The position numbers and the translations under genes were made by a program. Positions 36,501-46,750 of a stretch of 64,000 bases of DNA are shown piece by piece. Position 1 is the stretch's first letter. Each line of letters opens with the position of its first letter. The DNA is from an uncultured Gemmatimonadaceae bacterium (GTDB lineage Bacteria; Gemmatimonadota; Gemmatimonadetes; Gemmatimonadales; Gemmatimonadaceae), in the NCBI GenBank assembly GCA_963740355.1, contig CAVUDW010000001.1:119016-183015 (forward strand), given 5' to 3'. The notes beneath the pieces are model-generated. The model was given only the letters and a program-made list of their open reading frames with translations, had not been told where the DNA came from and ran no database searches.

Positions 36501-37897
36501 GGATTGCTTCCACCGACACGACGTTCGTACCGGCCGAGGTACTCGAGCGTCGCGTCGGAAATGGCGCGTGCCAATTCAGTCTGGCGCGCGCCGGTCGTGA
36601 GAAAGTTGGCTTCCTGCGGATTGGTGCCGAAGCCGACTTCGACCAGGATCGCGGGCATGAACGACCCGCGCAGCACCGCGAAGTTCGCCTGCTTCACCCC
36701 GCGATCCGTCCCGGGGTGCATCGCCTTCAGGCGACGCTGCACTTCACGCGCGAGATCACTCGATTCACGCAGGTGTTCATTCTGCGCCATGTCGTTGATG
36801 ATGAAGCTGAGTGGATCGCCGCGGGGCGCGTTGGCACCGGTCTCGAACTTCACGGCTTCGTTTTCCATCCGCTCCACGCGGCTTTCATCCTCGGTCTTCG
36901 CTTCGGCGAGGAAGTAGGTCTCGAATCCGCGAGCCGAGGAGGGATCGCGCCAGCGTGGATTGGCCGCGTTGACGTGCACCGAGATGAAGAGATCGGCTTG
37001 TTGACGATTGGCGATCCGTCCTCGATCGCTGAGCGCGATGAGCGTATCCCGCGTGCGCGTCATGTAGACGGTGACACCCTGGGCACGCAGCGCCTCGGCC
37101 ACTTTGAGAGCAACGGCGAGCGTGATGTTCTTTTCGTAGACCCGTGAACCGCCGGCGGCGACGCCGCTCATGCCATTGTCGGGACCACCGTGCCCCGCGT
37201 CGATCACCACGCTCCGAGGCCGCCGGCGGATGCCGGTTGCTGCGGGCGTCGAGCGCGGTGGGGCGCTGGCTCCGGTCCGCGTGCTGCCCCCGCCAATGCT
37301 GACGGGGCGTGCGTCTGCGTCAGCTCGCAACACCGAACCATCACTGCTGCCCGTCGATGACGCTGGCGGCGGGACCGGGTCGACATCGCTGGGCGTAGAT
37401 ACCGAGGGCATGGCGGGGGCTGCGTCACTCGGGCCGCGTCGCGCGAAGGTCGAGAACCGACGCAGTTCCTTCTCGTCCGCGTCCCACACGATGCCGGTGC
37501 CGTACCGCGGCAGGATCTCCGTGACGAACTCCGCCGGCACGAGGGTGCCGCTGATGCCACCGCGCGTCACGGCCACCGGTAGTTGTTCGCTGCCGGCCGA
37601 GCCGAGATCGACCGCCCGTTGCCCCACGACGAATCGCGCAATGACACCGCAGGCGTCGAGCGTCGCACCGCGAGCCGAGGTCTCGACCGTTCCGCCGAGC
37701 GCACGCGCGAGTGACGCCAGCGGCAGGAATCGTGCGCCGTTGCTCGTCACCCATGGGACCACCGCGTCACGATTGCCGGTGCGAATGTGGAGCCCGTCGG
37801 CCTGCGCCGCGATGGTGCCGGCGCTACCGACGAGCATCAGGCCAGCGACCGCGAGGCGAACCACCGCGGCGCGCAGGATCGCAGGCGCGCACATCAT
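36497..37897 (-). CDS. N-acetylmuramoyl-L-alanine amidase (Amidase_3)
   Basis: Signal peptide; VIDAGHGG, EKNITL, FISVHVNA, ILVEVGF. Confidence 0.93.
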   Translation of the reverse strand: MMCAPAILRAAVVRLAVAGLMLVGSAGTIAAQADGLHIRTGNRDAVVPWVTSNGARFLPLASLARALGGTVETSARGATLDACGVIARFVVGQRAVDLGSAGSEQLPVAVTRGGISGTLVPAEFVTEILPRYGTGIVWDADEKELRRFSTFARRGPSDAAPAMPSVSTPSDVDPVPPPASSTGSSDGSVLRADADARPVSIGGGSTRTGASAPPRSTPAATGIRRRPRSVVIDAGHGGPDNGMSGVAAGGSRVYEKNITLAVALKVAEALRAQGVTVYMTRTRDTLIALSDRGRIANRQQADLFISVHVNAANPRWRDPSSARGFETYFLAEAKTEDESRVERMENEAVKFETGANAPRGDPLSFIINDMAQNEHLRESSDLAREVQRRLKAMHPGTDRGVKQANFAVLRGSFMPAILVEVGFGTNPQEANFLTTGARQTELARAISDATLEYLGRYERRVGGSNP

Positions 37898-38367
37898 TTC
37901 TTCATCGCCCGCGCCATCGCGCGCACGTCGTCCTTCTTCTTCAGGTCTTCGCGCTTGTCGTGCAGCTTCTTGCCTCGCGCCAGCGCGATCTCCACCTTGG
38001 CGCGCCCGTTCTTGAAGTAGACCTCGAGCGGGACGATGGTCAGGCCCTGCCGCGTCACCGCGCCAATCAACTTCTCGATCTCGCTGCGATTGAGCAGCAG
38101 CTTGCGAGTCCGGGTCGGTTCGTGCGCACTGTAACCCGCCTGCTCGTACTGGGAAATGTGCAGGTTGAGCAGGAAGATCTCGTTGCCATTGATCACGCCG
38201 AACGCATCGCTCACGTTGGCGCGACCTTCACGAAGGGCCTTCACCTCGGAGCCGGTCAGCATGATCCCCGCCTCCCACGTGTCCAGAATCTGGTACTCGT
38301 GGCGGGCGCGACGATTCTTGGCGATCGATTCGATCGCCGGTTTTTCATCGGCAGAGGGTCGGGCCAT
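37894..38367 (-). CDS. smpB: SsrA-binding protein
   Basis: NRRARHEY, GSEVKALR, ARGKKLHDKRE. Confidence 0.97.
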   Translation of the reverse strand: MARPSADEKPAIESIAKNRRARHEYQILDTWEAGIMLTGSEVKALREGRANVSDAFGVINGNEIFLLNLHISQYEQAGYSAHEPTRTRKLLLNRSEIEKLIGAVTRQGLTIVPLEVYFKNGRAKVEIALARGKKLHDKREDLKKKDDVRAMARAMKK

Positions 38368-38601
38368 GACGTCGGTCTGGAGAACGGGCAGGCAGCGAAG
38401 TGGACGCCGGCCCAGTCTCGCAAGTTAGGCCGGTTCGTGATGTGCTACAACCAACGCGGTCGCAACGAGTTGCAGCGCAGCGACAGGATTCGATGTGCCG
38501 AGCGCGATGTACCGAGCGCCATTCGTCCGCGCGTCGGTGCTTCTTCTGACAGCGAATCCCTGCCACACGTAACCCGGCGAGCGCCAACTTGTTGCACGAC
38601 G

Positions 38602-38630
38602 TTGACAGCATCGCCCGAGATCGGTATCCT
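38602..38630 (+). promoter_or_regulatory. sigma70 promoter of tRNA-Leu
   Basis: TTGACA-N17-TATCCT ending 9 nt before the tRNA. Confidence 0.75.
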
Positions 38631-38639
38631 CATCGCTCT

Positions 38640-38723
38640 GCCGAAGTGGTGGAACTGGTAGACGCGCTGCGTTCAGGGCGCAGTGGGTGCAAGCCCGTGG
38701 GGGTTCGAGTCCCCCCTTCGGCA
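38640..38723 (+). tRNA. tRNA-Leu(CAG); CCA not encoded
   Basis: GCCGAAG/CTTCGGC acceptor stem, D-loop GGTA, anticodon arm CTGCG-TTCAGGG-CGCAG, long variable arm, GGTTCGAGTCC T-arm. Confidence 0.97.
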
Positions 38724-38737
38724 CTACAGACGAAATG

Positions 38738-38767
38738 CGGCGTCGGACATAGTCCGGCGCCGTTTTT
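38738..38767 (+). terminator. Intrinsic terminator after tRNA-Leu
   Basis: CGGCGTCGGAC-ata-GTCCGGCGCCG then TTTTT. Confidence 0.85.
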
Positions 38768-38848
38768 CGTTACTGGATCCGTCCGAGTCGGCAAGCTGTC
38801 GCAGTCGCAACCGCTGAGGGCGCGATGATCGTGGGCGAACGCCCGTGC

Positions 38849-39412
38849 TCAGGCGCGCGGCGACGGCATGGCGGAGGGCGCGACATCCTCCGGGAGGTCA
38901 GCGGCTCCGAACTCCTGCCGGAGTGCCTCGTTCGCCCGGTCCAACTCGGCCGCCACCCAGCCCGCAGCCCAGGCACTCTGGTCATTGCCGGGGCGCCCCC
39001 CAGCAAAACCCACCAGGGCCTCGCCGATCTGGCCCACTGGCGTCCGCGATGCCCCGCGTTGGCCCATCAGGTCGCGGTACAGGCGCAGCCGAGCATTGAA
39101 CTGCGCACTCGAAATCGCGCGCATGGCCGGCGCAGCGGACGGATCGTGCTCGACGGCCTTGGCCAGCGCCTGCCCGACCATCGACGCCGTGCGGTCGTCG
39201 AGCGAATCGCGCCCTGCGATGAGCAGGCCAACGGCGCGACGCAGGTACCGCAGTTCCCACCGTGCGTGATCGGCGTCGAGGTCACCGACGGAGGCGAGGC
39301 GGTCGACCGCCGCCGGCTCAGGCTCCGTCATGAGTGTCGACACGAACGACGAGGCGCGACGCTCCCACTCGCGTTCCTGCTGTTGCGTCGACCACTTCGA
39401 CATGCCAGCCAC
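38849..39412 (-). CDS. Hypothetical protein
   Basis: Stop/start overlap with the Rrf2 gene; helical, host-like codon usage. Confidence 0.75.
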   Translation of the reverse strand: MAGMSKWSTQQQEREWERRASSFVSTLMTEPEPAAVDRLASVGDLDADHARWELRYLRRAVGLLIAGRDSLDDRTASMVGQALAKAVEHDPSAAPAMRAISSAQFNARLRLYRDLMGQRGASRTPVGQIGEALVGFAGGRPGNDQSAWAAGWVAAELDRANEALRQEFGAADLPEDVAPSAMPSPRA

Positions 39413-39900
39413 TACGCCGAGACCACGGGGAGCATGCGCCGCGCCAGCTCGGGCGGCGCATCGAGCTTCACACGGACTCGGACCGTTTCCTCGTTCGCCA
39501 GCAGGTCGGCGAGCCGGATGCCGGCGAGGACTTCATCGATCTTCGATTGCAGCAGCGCCCACACCGGACGGATGCTGCACGACGTCGAGTCGGCGCAGCG
39601 ATGCTCGTCGAGAGGATTGCTGGTGCAATGCATGTCGAAGGTCTGCAGCTCGGAGGCGGTCACCACATCCTTGACCGTGATGTCCGTTGCAGGACGAGCG
39701 AGCACGTAGCCGCCGCGCGCGCCGCGTGTGCTGTCGACGATGCCTGCACGTCGAAGGCGGAGCAGAATCTGCTCGATGTAATCCACGGGCAACGACTCAC
39801 CGGCGGCGATCGCTCGCCCGGTGACCGGGCCTTCGCCGACCCGTCGAGCCAGATGCAGAGCGCTGATGAGGCCGTACTCGGCCCAAGTTGTAATCCTCAC
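39412..39900 (-). CDS. Rrf2 family transcriptional regulator (IscR-like, 3 Cys)
   Basis: YIEQILLRLRRAGIVDSTRGARGGY; C-x9-C-x5-C before SIRPVW. Confidence 0.92.
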   Translation of the reverse strand: MRITTWAEYGLISALHLARRVGEGPVTGRAIAAGESLPVDYIEQILLRLRRAGIVDSTRGARGGYVLARPATDITVKDVVTASELQTFDMHCTSNPLDEHRCADSTSCSIRPVWALLQSKIDEVLAGIRLADLLANEETVRVRVKLDAPPELARRMLPVVSA

Positions 39901-39972
39901 CTGCTGAGGATCGCCTGACAGGGCGCGGCGGACAAGGGGCGAGAAGCGGATCCGGGGATCTGCTGTCGACGG

Positions 39973-41400
39973 TCAGCCACCCGCCACCGCCGCATGTTTG
40001 CCTTGGGGCACGCCAATCTCGGTCATCTTTCGGAGGTCGAGTGTGCCTGCAATCTCGTCAGCCGGAATCACCTGGTCTCGCGTCACCAGCTCCCGGATGA
40101 GGACACCTTCCTTCACCGACCGCTTGCTGATCTCGGCCGCCTTGGCATAGCCGATCTGTGGCATCAGCGCCGTCGCCAGGGCGGCCGACCGCTCGACCCA
40201 GTACTGACACATCGCCTCATTCGCCGTGATGCCACGCACGCAGCGCACGGTGAGTGTGGTGATGGCATTGGTGAGGATCATCATCGACAGCAGCAGGTTG
40301 TGTGCGATGACCGGCATCATGACGTTCAGCTCCAGCTGGCCGTGTTCAGCGCTGATCGCCACCGTGGTATCGCAACCGATCACCTGGAAACAGACCTGGT
40401 TGACCATCTCGGGGATCGACGGATTGATCTTGCCCGGCATGATCGACGACCCCGGTTGCACCGCCGGCAGGGCGATCTCATCGAGTCCGGTGCGTGGCCC
40501 GCTGACCATCAGCCGGAGATCGCTGGAAATCTTCGACAGGTCGAGCGCGAGGCCGCGCAGCGACGCACTGAACGCCGCAGGATCGCCCATGCTTTGCATG
40601 AGTTGAATCCGATCCGCCCCGACGCGCAGCGTGGTGATGCCGCTGATCGCCTTCAGGTGCTGGTTCATGAGCGCCGGGTACTGTGGCTCGACGGTCACAC
40701 CGGTGCCAACCGCGCTGCCGCCGATCCCGAGATCGTTGAGGTAATCGGCGGCCTCTGCGATCCGCTTGCGACAGCGCTCGAGCGTGCCGGCGTAGGCCGT
40801 GAATTCCTGGCCGAGCCGGATCGGCATGGCATCCTGCAGGTGGGTGCGGCCTGCCTTCACGATGTGGTCGAATTCCCTGCCTTTCTCCGCCAGCGCGTCA
40901 CGCAATTCCGCGACCGCATCGACCAGCGCTGGCAACTGACGCAACGCGGCCAATCGGATGTTGGTCGGAATCGTGTCATTGGTGCTTTGCGCCATGTTCA
41001 CATGGTCGTTCGGATGCACCGGCGCATACGTCCCACGCGGCGCACCAAGCAACTCGTTGGCTCGATTGGCGAGCACCTCGTTCACATTCATGTTGTGCGA
41101 GGTGCCAGCGCCCGCCTGGTACGGATCCACCACGAACATGTCGCGGTGTTGTCCCGCAAGGACTTCTGCCGCGGCCGCGATGATCGCGTTCGCGCGCTCG
41201 GCATCGAGCCGCCCGGTCTGCTTGTGCGTGAGCGCCGCGGCCTGCTTGATCCAGACCTGGGCGATCACGAATGACTCAAGTGGCTTCAGTCCCGAGATGG
41301 GGAAGTTCTGCATGGCACGCACCGTCTGGACGCCGTACAGCGCGTCGGCCGGTACCTCGAGTTCACCGAGCGGATCCTTCTCCGTACGTGTGGCGGCCAT
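39973..41400 (-). CDS. aspA: Aspartate ammonia-lyase (fumarase/aspartase superfamily)
   Basis: QAGAGTSHNMN, GRTHLQDA, GSSIMPGKINP. Confidence 0.87.
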   Translation of the reverse strand: MAATRTEKDPLGELEVPADALYGVQTVRAMQNFPISGLKPLESFVIAQVWIKQAAALTHKQTGRLDAERANAIIAAAAEVLAGQHRDMFVVDPYQAGAGTSHNMNVNEVLANRANELLGAPRGTYAPVHPNDHVNMAQSTNDTIPTNIRLAALRQLPALVDAVAELRDALAEKGREFDHIVKAGRTHLQDAMPIRLGQEFTAYAGTLERCRKRIAEAADYLNDLGIGGSAVGTGVTVEPQYPALMNQHLKAISGITTLRVGADRIQLMQSMGDPAAFSASLRGLALDLSKISSDLRLMVSGPRTGLDEIALPAVQPGSSIMPGKINPSIPEMVNQVCFQVIGCDTTVAISAEHGQLELNVMMPVIAHNLLLSMMILTNAITTLTVRCVRGITANEAMCQYWVERSAALATALMPQIGYAKAAEISKRSVKEGVLIRELVTRDQVIPADEIAGTLDLRKMTEIGVPQGKHAAVAGG

Positions 41401-41436
41401 GAGCAGTACCCGGAGACAGGAGGATCGAAAGTGGCG

Positions 41437-41994
41437 TCAGTCGCGCGTCGCGGTCGACCGAACTGCCAGCACCGCGCCGGCAAGCGCGAGCAGGGCGAAA
41501 AGCATCGCCACGCCGAGCGAGAGCACGCTGAGTCCATGGAGCTTACCGAACGCAACGCGCAAAGGATCCGTGGCGGCCAGCGCTTCCACGCTCGGGCCGA
41601 TCTTCTCGCGCAGCGATGCAATGCGTGGGGCGATCACGATCTGCGCGACGGCACATCCCGCGATCGTCCCCGCAGCGCCAATTCGGCGCAGGATCGCACG
41701 CGGTGCGCCGCGCGGCGTGAGCGTCAGGACGAGCGTGCCGATGGCGATGCCACTGAGGAAGAGCACCGGCAATACCTGACCGACGAGCGCGCCAGCCAGT
41801 GATCGCGTCGGCAGCACGCGGAACGCAGCCGGTGCCACCGTCGTCACGACGATCATCGCCGCGCCACCCCAGATCGCAGTCAGCACGATGGAGACCAGCG
41901 CACGGAGCTGGTTGCGCGAGACTGCACCGATCGGGTCGGCCTCGTCACGTTCGCGGCGGCGCCGCGCAGCAATCGCGGCAACAGGTGCAGTCAT
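41437..41994 (-). CDS. DUF4149-like membrane protein
   Basis: 4 TM segments; VAPAAFRVLPTRSLAGALVG, FGKLHGLS. Confidence 0.75.
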   Translation of the reverse strand: MTAPVAAIAARRRRERDEADPIGAVSRNQLRALVSIVLTAIWGGAAMIVVTTVAPAAFRVLPTRSLAGALVGQVLPVLFLSGIAIGTLVLTLTPRGAPRAILRRIGAAGTIAGCAVAQIVIAPRIASLREKIGPSVEALAATDPLRVAFGKLHGLSVLSLGVAMLFALLALAGAVLAVRSTATRD

Positions 41995-42803
41995 GGGAGC
42001 TCTTCTCCAGCGTCTTCCGACGGTGACGGGTGAACTGGGCAGCGCGGCGCATCGCCACTGGCAGGGGCTGCGATGGTGAATGGATGCGGGCGCAGCTTCG
42101 ACATGTGGGCAGCCGACGTCGGCACACCGTGCGCATCGACGCCGCGGTAGTACAGCTTCTGCCACTTGTCACTTGGAGACGTTGGTGGATTGCGTTCCAC
42201 CTCGGCCTGGAACGCGTCGCGCGAGCGACTCCACGTTTCGAATTGCTCGCGGAGCTCCGGGTCGTCATCGATGTCGACGAACCGCGGTTCGATCGCGGCG
42301 ATCGTGCTGCGTTCGACAGGAAAGATGAAGCAGTACGGCTCGTTTTCCTCGAAACGGACCCAGTGGTCGGCACGCGTGAAGCGCCAATTCATCGTGAAGG
42401 TGTAGGGCGACCAGTCCGTCTCCACCATGCCGCTGAGCGGTGCGATGCCGTCCTTCGCCGAGTTCGGTGAACCACCGACGAACAGGCTGTAGCCCGGCGA
42501 GGTACGCAGGAGGCCCGCGACGTGGAAGGTGAGTGTCGCCTGGCCGAAGAGTGCCACCGGGGCGTCAACACCTTCACTGCCCGGATCGAGCTTGATCTCG
42601 ACATCGGTCGGCAGTGGGCCACCGTTCCAGCGCGCCTCGAAGCCACACGGGCTGAGGATTTCCCACCCATGCGAATTCGCAATGTTGAGCGGCAGGCAGC
42701 GATAGGCGAACGACTCGGGCGTCGCGTCCATCCATGCGCGGCGTGACGTCGCCGCGCGGATACGCGGCTTCCAGCCAGGATACACGTAACAGGTCAATTC
42801 CAT
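41991..42803 (-). CDS. DUF6065 family protein
   Basis: RRAWMDATPESFAYRCLPLNIANSHGWEIL, GMVETDWSPYTFTMNWRF, WQKLYYRG. Confidence 0.8.
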   Translation of the reverse strand: MELTCYVYPGWKPRIRAATSRRAWMDATPESFAYRCLPLNIANSHGWEILSPCGFEARWNGGPLPTDVEIKLDPGSEGVDAPVALFGQATLTFHVAGLLRTSPGYSLFVGGSPNSAKDGIAPLSGMVETDWSPYTFTMNWRFTRADHWVRFEENEPYCFIFPVERSTIAAIEPRFVDIDDDPELREQFETWSRSRDAFQAEVERNPPTSPSDKWQKLYYRGVDAHGVPTSAAHMSKLRPHPFTIAAPASGDAPRCPVHPSPSEDAGEELP

Positions 42804-42875
42804 GCGGTCGCCATCTCCATTGCGAAACCAGGGCAGCGCGAGTCGGTCACGACGGACATGCCCAGCCTCTGCAAC

Positions 42876-43535
42876 TCACGCGCCGCCTGCACCGCGCGGT
42901 CGTGCGAGTCCAGCGAGGAAGGGATTCGTGCGCACTTCGGTTTCGACGGTGGTCGACTGCCCATGTCCGGGATACAACACCAGCGACGGAGTCCACGCGG
43001 CAATGCGCGACAGCGAAACCTGCATCGCGCGCGGATCGCAAAGCGGCAGGTCCGTGCGTCCGATCGAACCGGCGAAGATCACGTCGCCGACGAACACCAC
43101 ATCGTCACCGACGAGTGCCACGTGGCCCGGGGCGTGGCCGGGAAGATGAACGATGCGAAAGGTGTGCTCGCCAAGGGCCACGCTGTCGCCTTCATCCCAT
43201 TCGAGGTCCGGCGCGGGCGGCGACTCGAGTGGAATGCCGTACGCCCGAGCCTGCGTTGCGACGTTGTCGTACAACGGGCGATCGGCCTTGTGCAACCAGA
43301 TCGGTGCGTCAGGGAAGATCCGACGTACACCCATGATGCCACCCACGTGGTCGAGATGGCCGTGTGTGATCCAGATGGCATCGAGCGGGAGGCCCATCTG
43401 TTTCACCCGAGCGGCGAGTTCGTCCCCTTCGGCGCCCGGATCGACAATGGCGGCGCGTCGCGCGACATCGTCGATCACGATGTACGCGTTGGCCTGGAAT
43501 GGCCCAACCGGGATCGCCTCGATATGCAGCGTCAT
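42876..43535 (-). CDS. MBL-fold metallo-hydrolase (glyoxalase II/GloC-like)
   Basis: THGHLDHVGG, PGHAPGH, GDVIFAGSIGRTDLP, YPGHG. Confidence 0.92.
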   Translation of the reverse strand: MTLHIEAIPVGPFQANAYIVIDDVARRAAIVDPGAEGDELAARVKQMGLPLDAIWITHGHLDHVGGIMGVRRIFPDAPIWLHKADRPLYDNVATQARAYGIPLESPPAPDLEWDEGDSVALGEHTFRIVHLPGHAPGHVALVGDDVVFVGDVIFAGSIGRTDLPLCDPRAMQVSLSRIAAWTPSLVLYPGHGQSTTVETEVRTNPFLAGLARPRGAGGA

Positions 43536-44569
43536 CAGGCCGCGGTCGTGGCTTCGTCGGCGATCATCACGGGCGCCACGGCGGTGTCGAGCATCGGCGA
43601 TTCACCGATGCCATGATGCGCCAACCAGCGCTCCGCCTCGAGCGCGGCCATGCATCCCGTACCGGCCGACGTGATGGCCTGACGGTAGTAGTCATCGATG
43701 GCGTCGCCGGCGGCAAACACGCCTTCCACGCTCGTTACCGTACGCCAGGGCGCGGTCTTGATGTAGTTGAACGGCGTCAACTCGAGCTGCCCGCCGAGAA
43801 ATCCCGTGTTTGGTGCATGCCCGATGGCGACGAACAACCCGCCCACCTCGAGTTCACGCTCGACACCAGAGACGGTATCCTGCAGCTTCAAACCGGTGAT
43901 TGGATCCTCACCGAGAACATCGCTGACGACCGTATTCCACTCCACGCGAACCTTCGGGTGCGCGAGCACACGATCAGCCATCACCTTCGATGCACGGAAC
44001 TTGTCCTTGCGGTGAATGACGATCACCTCACTCGCGAACTTCGTGAGGTAGAGGGCCTCTTCCATCGCGGTGTCACCGCCACCGACCACGGCCAGTCGCT
44101 TGTTGCGGTAGAACGGCAGCGCACCGTCGCAGACCGCGCATGCGGACACGCCGCCACCGATCTTGGCCAGGCGGATTTCGTTCTCGAGCCCGATCCACTT
44201 CGCAGCCGCCCCGGTCGCCACGATGACCGTGTGCGCCGTGATCGGTGCGCTGTAGTGCGGTGTGAGGATGAAGGGCCGCTGGCTGAAGTCGACCGACGTG
44301 ACGAGTTCGGACACGATGCGCGTGCCGTGGTGCTCGGCCTGCTGACGCATGCGTGCCATCAGGTCGGGGCCCGAGATTGCTTCGGGGAATCCCGGGAAGT
44401 TCTCGATGTCGGTGGTCAGCATCAGCTGACCACCCGGGAGTTCCGTGCCCACCGGCTCGCCCTCGAAGACGATCGGATTGAGATTCGCGCGTGCCGCGTA
44501 AATCGCTGCCGTCCAGGCAGCAGGGCCGGAGCCGATGATGGCAATGGCTTCGGTGGGGGAAGCGGTCAT
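43535..44569 (-). CDS. trxB: Thioredoxin-disulfide reductase
   Basis: [33 protein letters not shown]. Confidence 0.96.
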   Translation of the reverse strand: MTASPTEAIAIIGSGPAAWTAAIYAARANLNPIVFEGEPVGTELPGGQLMLTTDIENFPGFPEAISGPDLMARMRQQAEHHGTRIVSELVTSVDFSQRPFILTPHYSAPITAHTVIVATGAAAKWIGLENEIRLAKIGGGVSACAVCDGALPFYRNKRLAVVGGGDTAMEEALYLTKFASEVIVIHRKDKFRASKVMADRVLAHPKVRVEWNTVVSDVLGEDPITGLKLQDTVSGVERELEVGGLFVAIGHAPNTGFLGGQLELTPFNYIKTAPWRTVTSVEGVFAAGDAIDDYYRQAITSAGTGCMAALEAERWLAHHGIGESPMLDTAVAPVMIADEATTAA

Positions 44570-44792
44570 GTCGCGAGTGCTCGGTAAGGTGGTCCGCGAT
44601 GGTTGGGGCGTGACCAACAAGCCCCTCTTCTGTGGAGGAATCTAACCGGAGTCTGGATAGCCACCGATGGGAGCGTGCCAGGTTCGACATCACGCGCTGG
44701 CGGGTCGGCTTGCGGAGCCCCGCAATGCGCGCGTCATTCGGCGGAGGCCCGCCCGTGTTCCTGCCGGGCCAACTGCCCCAGCCCAGGTCGAC

Positions 44793-45104
44793 ATGCGGAC
44801 GATTCTTCTCTGGTTATTGCCGCTCTACAACCTGTTCGTGGCGATTGCCCTGCTCCGGCGCGCCACCTCCCGCGACGCCGGCAGCGAGAGGCCGACGCCG
44901 AGCGGAGCCGTTGTGGCATTGTGCTGGTCACTGACCGCGGTGGCTGTGGCTGACTTCTTCGTATTGCGCGACCCACGTTTCGTCGCGGTTCCGTACGTGC
45001 TGTTCGCAATCAATGCGCTCGCCGACTGGCGTCTGGTGCCGAAAATGCGTGCGACGCGCGCGGTCGCCGCGGATCCCGTCAGCGAGCGTGCGAGCACACC
45101 CTAG
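44793..45104 (+). CDS. Small hypothetical membrane protein
   Basis: Three hydrophobic segments; fills the gap between trxB and the convergent gene. Confidence 0.55.
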   Translation: MRTILLWLLPLYNLFVAIALLRRATSRDAGSERPTPSGAVVALCWSLTAVAVADFFVLRDPRFVAVPYVLFAINALADWRLVPKMRATRAVAADPVSERASTP

Positions 45105-45979
45105 TTCTCGAGCGCACCCTTGCTCTCGAGCGCGGCCAGTGCGCCGTGACAATGCGAGACCGAGGCGACGAGGGTGCGAAGGAGCGGCAGCCTGCTGGAC
45201 GCCTCGATCGCTCGTTCGGCGTCGAGCGCGCGACTGACGTCGAACATTCCGACCCCAAAGGCACGATGCGTGGTCGTGAACAGCGCGACGACGTCGTACG
45301 GAGTGCCGAGCAGGCGCGCTGCGTCAGCGGCCTCCTTGACCGCGGCGGGCATCGTCCAGTCACGGTGGCCGCGCGTTTCCGGACAGCGCGGCGGCTCGAC
45401 GCAGTTGATCGGGCACATCCAGGTGGCAAAAGACGCGTAGTGTGACCCGTCGCCGCCCGCGCGAGACCATGGCGTGACCGGTGCAACCGGCATCGGGATC
45501 CGAGACACGGGAGATGCAGGTCGATGTCGTGCGATCCGCGACGCGACCCAGTTCGCCAGCAGGTTCGGCATCAGCGGTGACGGTACCACGGCATCCGACG
45601 CCGCCCCGTGTGGCGCTGCAATCGCGGCCGCGAACCACCGATCAAAGAAGTGATCCCACGTTTCGCTCACGAGAGTGATCGGTAGTGCGAGATACGCGTC
45701 GATGGTGCGCGGTTCGAGGCTCGGGGCGCTGCCTCCGTCGGCATCTGCGCGACGCAGCCGCCAGCCATGTTGCTCGATCGCGTCCATGTCACCGCGCTGA
45801 ATGGCGGATGCGAGCTGTGCAACGGGGCACGACGGATCGCTGTCGACGACGAGAATGCGCTCGAACCGCATGGCGCCGGCCGCTCGCGCCCGTGCCAACT
45901 GGCGTACGTAGTAGCCGCCATAACAGCCTCCACCGCACACGACGATCGTGCCGTACTGTCGAACGTCGGCGTCGCTCAT
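45101..45979 (-). CDS. Hypothetical protein with an N-terminal Rossmann motif and a Cys/His-rich C-terminus
   Basis: IVVCGGGCYGG...ILVVD; CPINCVEPPRC; SHCHG. Confidence 0.8.
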   Translation of the reverse strand: MSDADVRQYGTIVVCGGGCYGGYYVRQLARARAAGAMRFERILVVDSDPSCPVAQLASAIQRGDMDAIEQHGWRLRRADADGGSAPSLEPRTIDAYLALPITLVSETWDHFFDRWFAAAIAAPHGAASDAVVPSPLMPNLLANWVASRIARHRPASPVSRIPMPVAPVTPWSRAGGDGSHYASFATWMCPINCVEPPRCPETRGHRDWTMPAAVKEAADAARLLGTPYDVVALFTTTHRAFGVGMFDVSRALDAERAIEASSRLPLLRTLVASVSHCHGALAALESKGALEN

Positions 45980-45987
45980 CGATGGCG

Positions 45988-46731
45988 TCAGCTTCGAATG
46001 TGCCGGCCACCATCGACGATGATGACCTCGCCGGTGACGTAGTCCGCTTCGCAGAGATAGACGACGGCCTGCGCGACGTCCTGTGCTGACCCGAGACGTT
46101 GCAGCGGTGTGGTGGCGGCGAGCCGATCAGCGGCCTCGTTCCCCCACTCATCGGGGAGCAGCACTGCCCCCGGGGCCACGGCGTTGACGCGGATGCCTGG
46201 GGCGAGCGCACGTGCCAGTCCGCGTGTGAGCTGCACGACGCCGGCCTTGGTGATGGCATGCGGCACATAGGCAGGCCAGGTCTCGTACGCAGCGAGGTCG
46301 GCGATGTTGACGATGACGGCGGTGCCTGGCGTCATCAGCGGTGCCGCAGCCTGGGCGATGAAAAATGGTGCCCGGAGATTGAGCGCGAACATCGTGTCCC
46401 ACTCATCCGGCGTCACCGCACCCATCGGGGTGCGCAGCATCATCGCGGCCGAATTCACGAGGATGTCGAGCGAGCCAAAGACCTCCTTCGCCCGCTGCGG
46501 CAGCGCCTGTGCGATGGCGACGTCCGACAGGTCACCCTGCACGACCTCGACACGGACACCGAGCGCACGAATTTCTGCGGCGGTCTGCGTGGCCTCGGCG
46601 GCACCACTGTTGAAGTGGAGGACGATGTCTGCTCCACGCTCTGCGAGTGCGACCGCAATCGCCTTGCCGACGCGTCGCGCGCCGCCGGTGACGAGGGCCA
46701 CGCGCCCACCCAGGCTGCTCGATGTCGTCAT
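45988..46731 (-). CDS. Pteridine reductase-like SDR (FolM/PTR1 family)
   Basis: TGGARRVG (Arg in the glycine motif, as in PTR1), NIAD, NAVAPG, VDGG. Confidence 0.85.
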   Translation of the reverse strand: MTTSSSLGGRVALVTGGARRVGKAIAVALAERGADIVLHFNSGAAEATQTAAEIRALGVRVEVVQGDLSDVAIAQALPQRAKEVFGSLDILVNSAAMMLRTPMGAVTPDEWDTMFALNLRAPFFIAQAAAPLMTPGTAVIVNIADLAAYETWPAYVPHAITKAGVVQLTRGLARALAPGIRVNAVAPGAVLLPDEWGNEAADRLAATTPLQRLGSAQDVAQAVVYLCEADYVTGEVIIVDGGRHIRS

Positions 46732-46750
46732 CGTCCCCCTGCCCCCTCAG

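Noticed and set aside
38640..38850. Integrative element at tRNA-Leu
   Set aside because: A terminator follows immediately; no integrase or duplicated 3' tRNA end was found.
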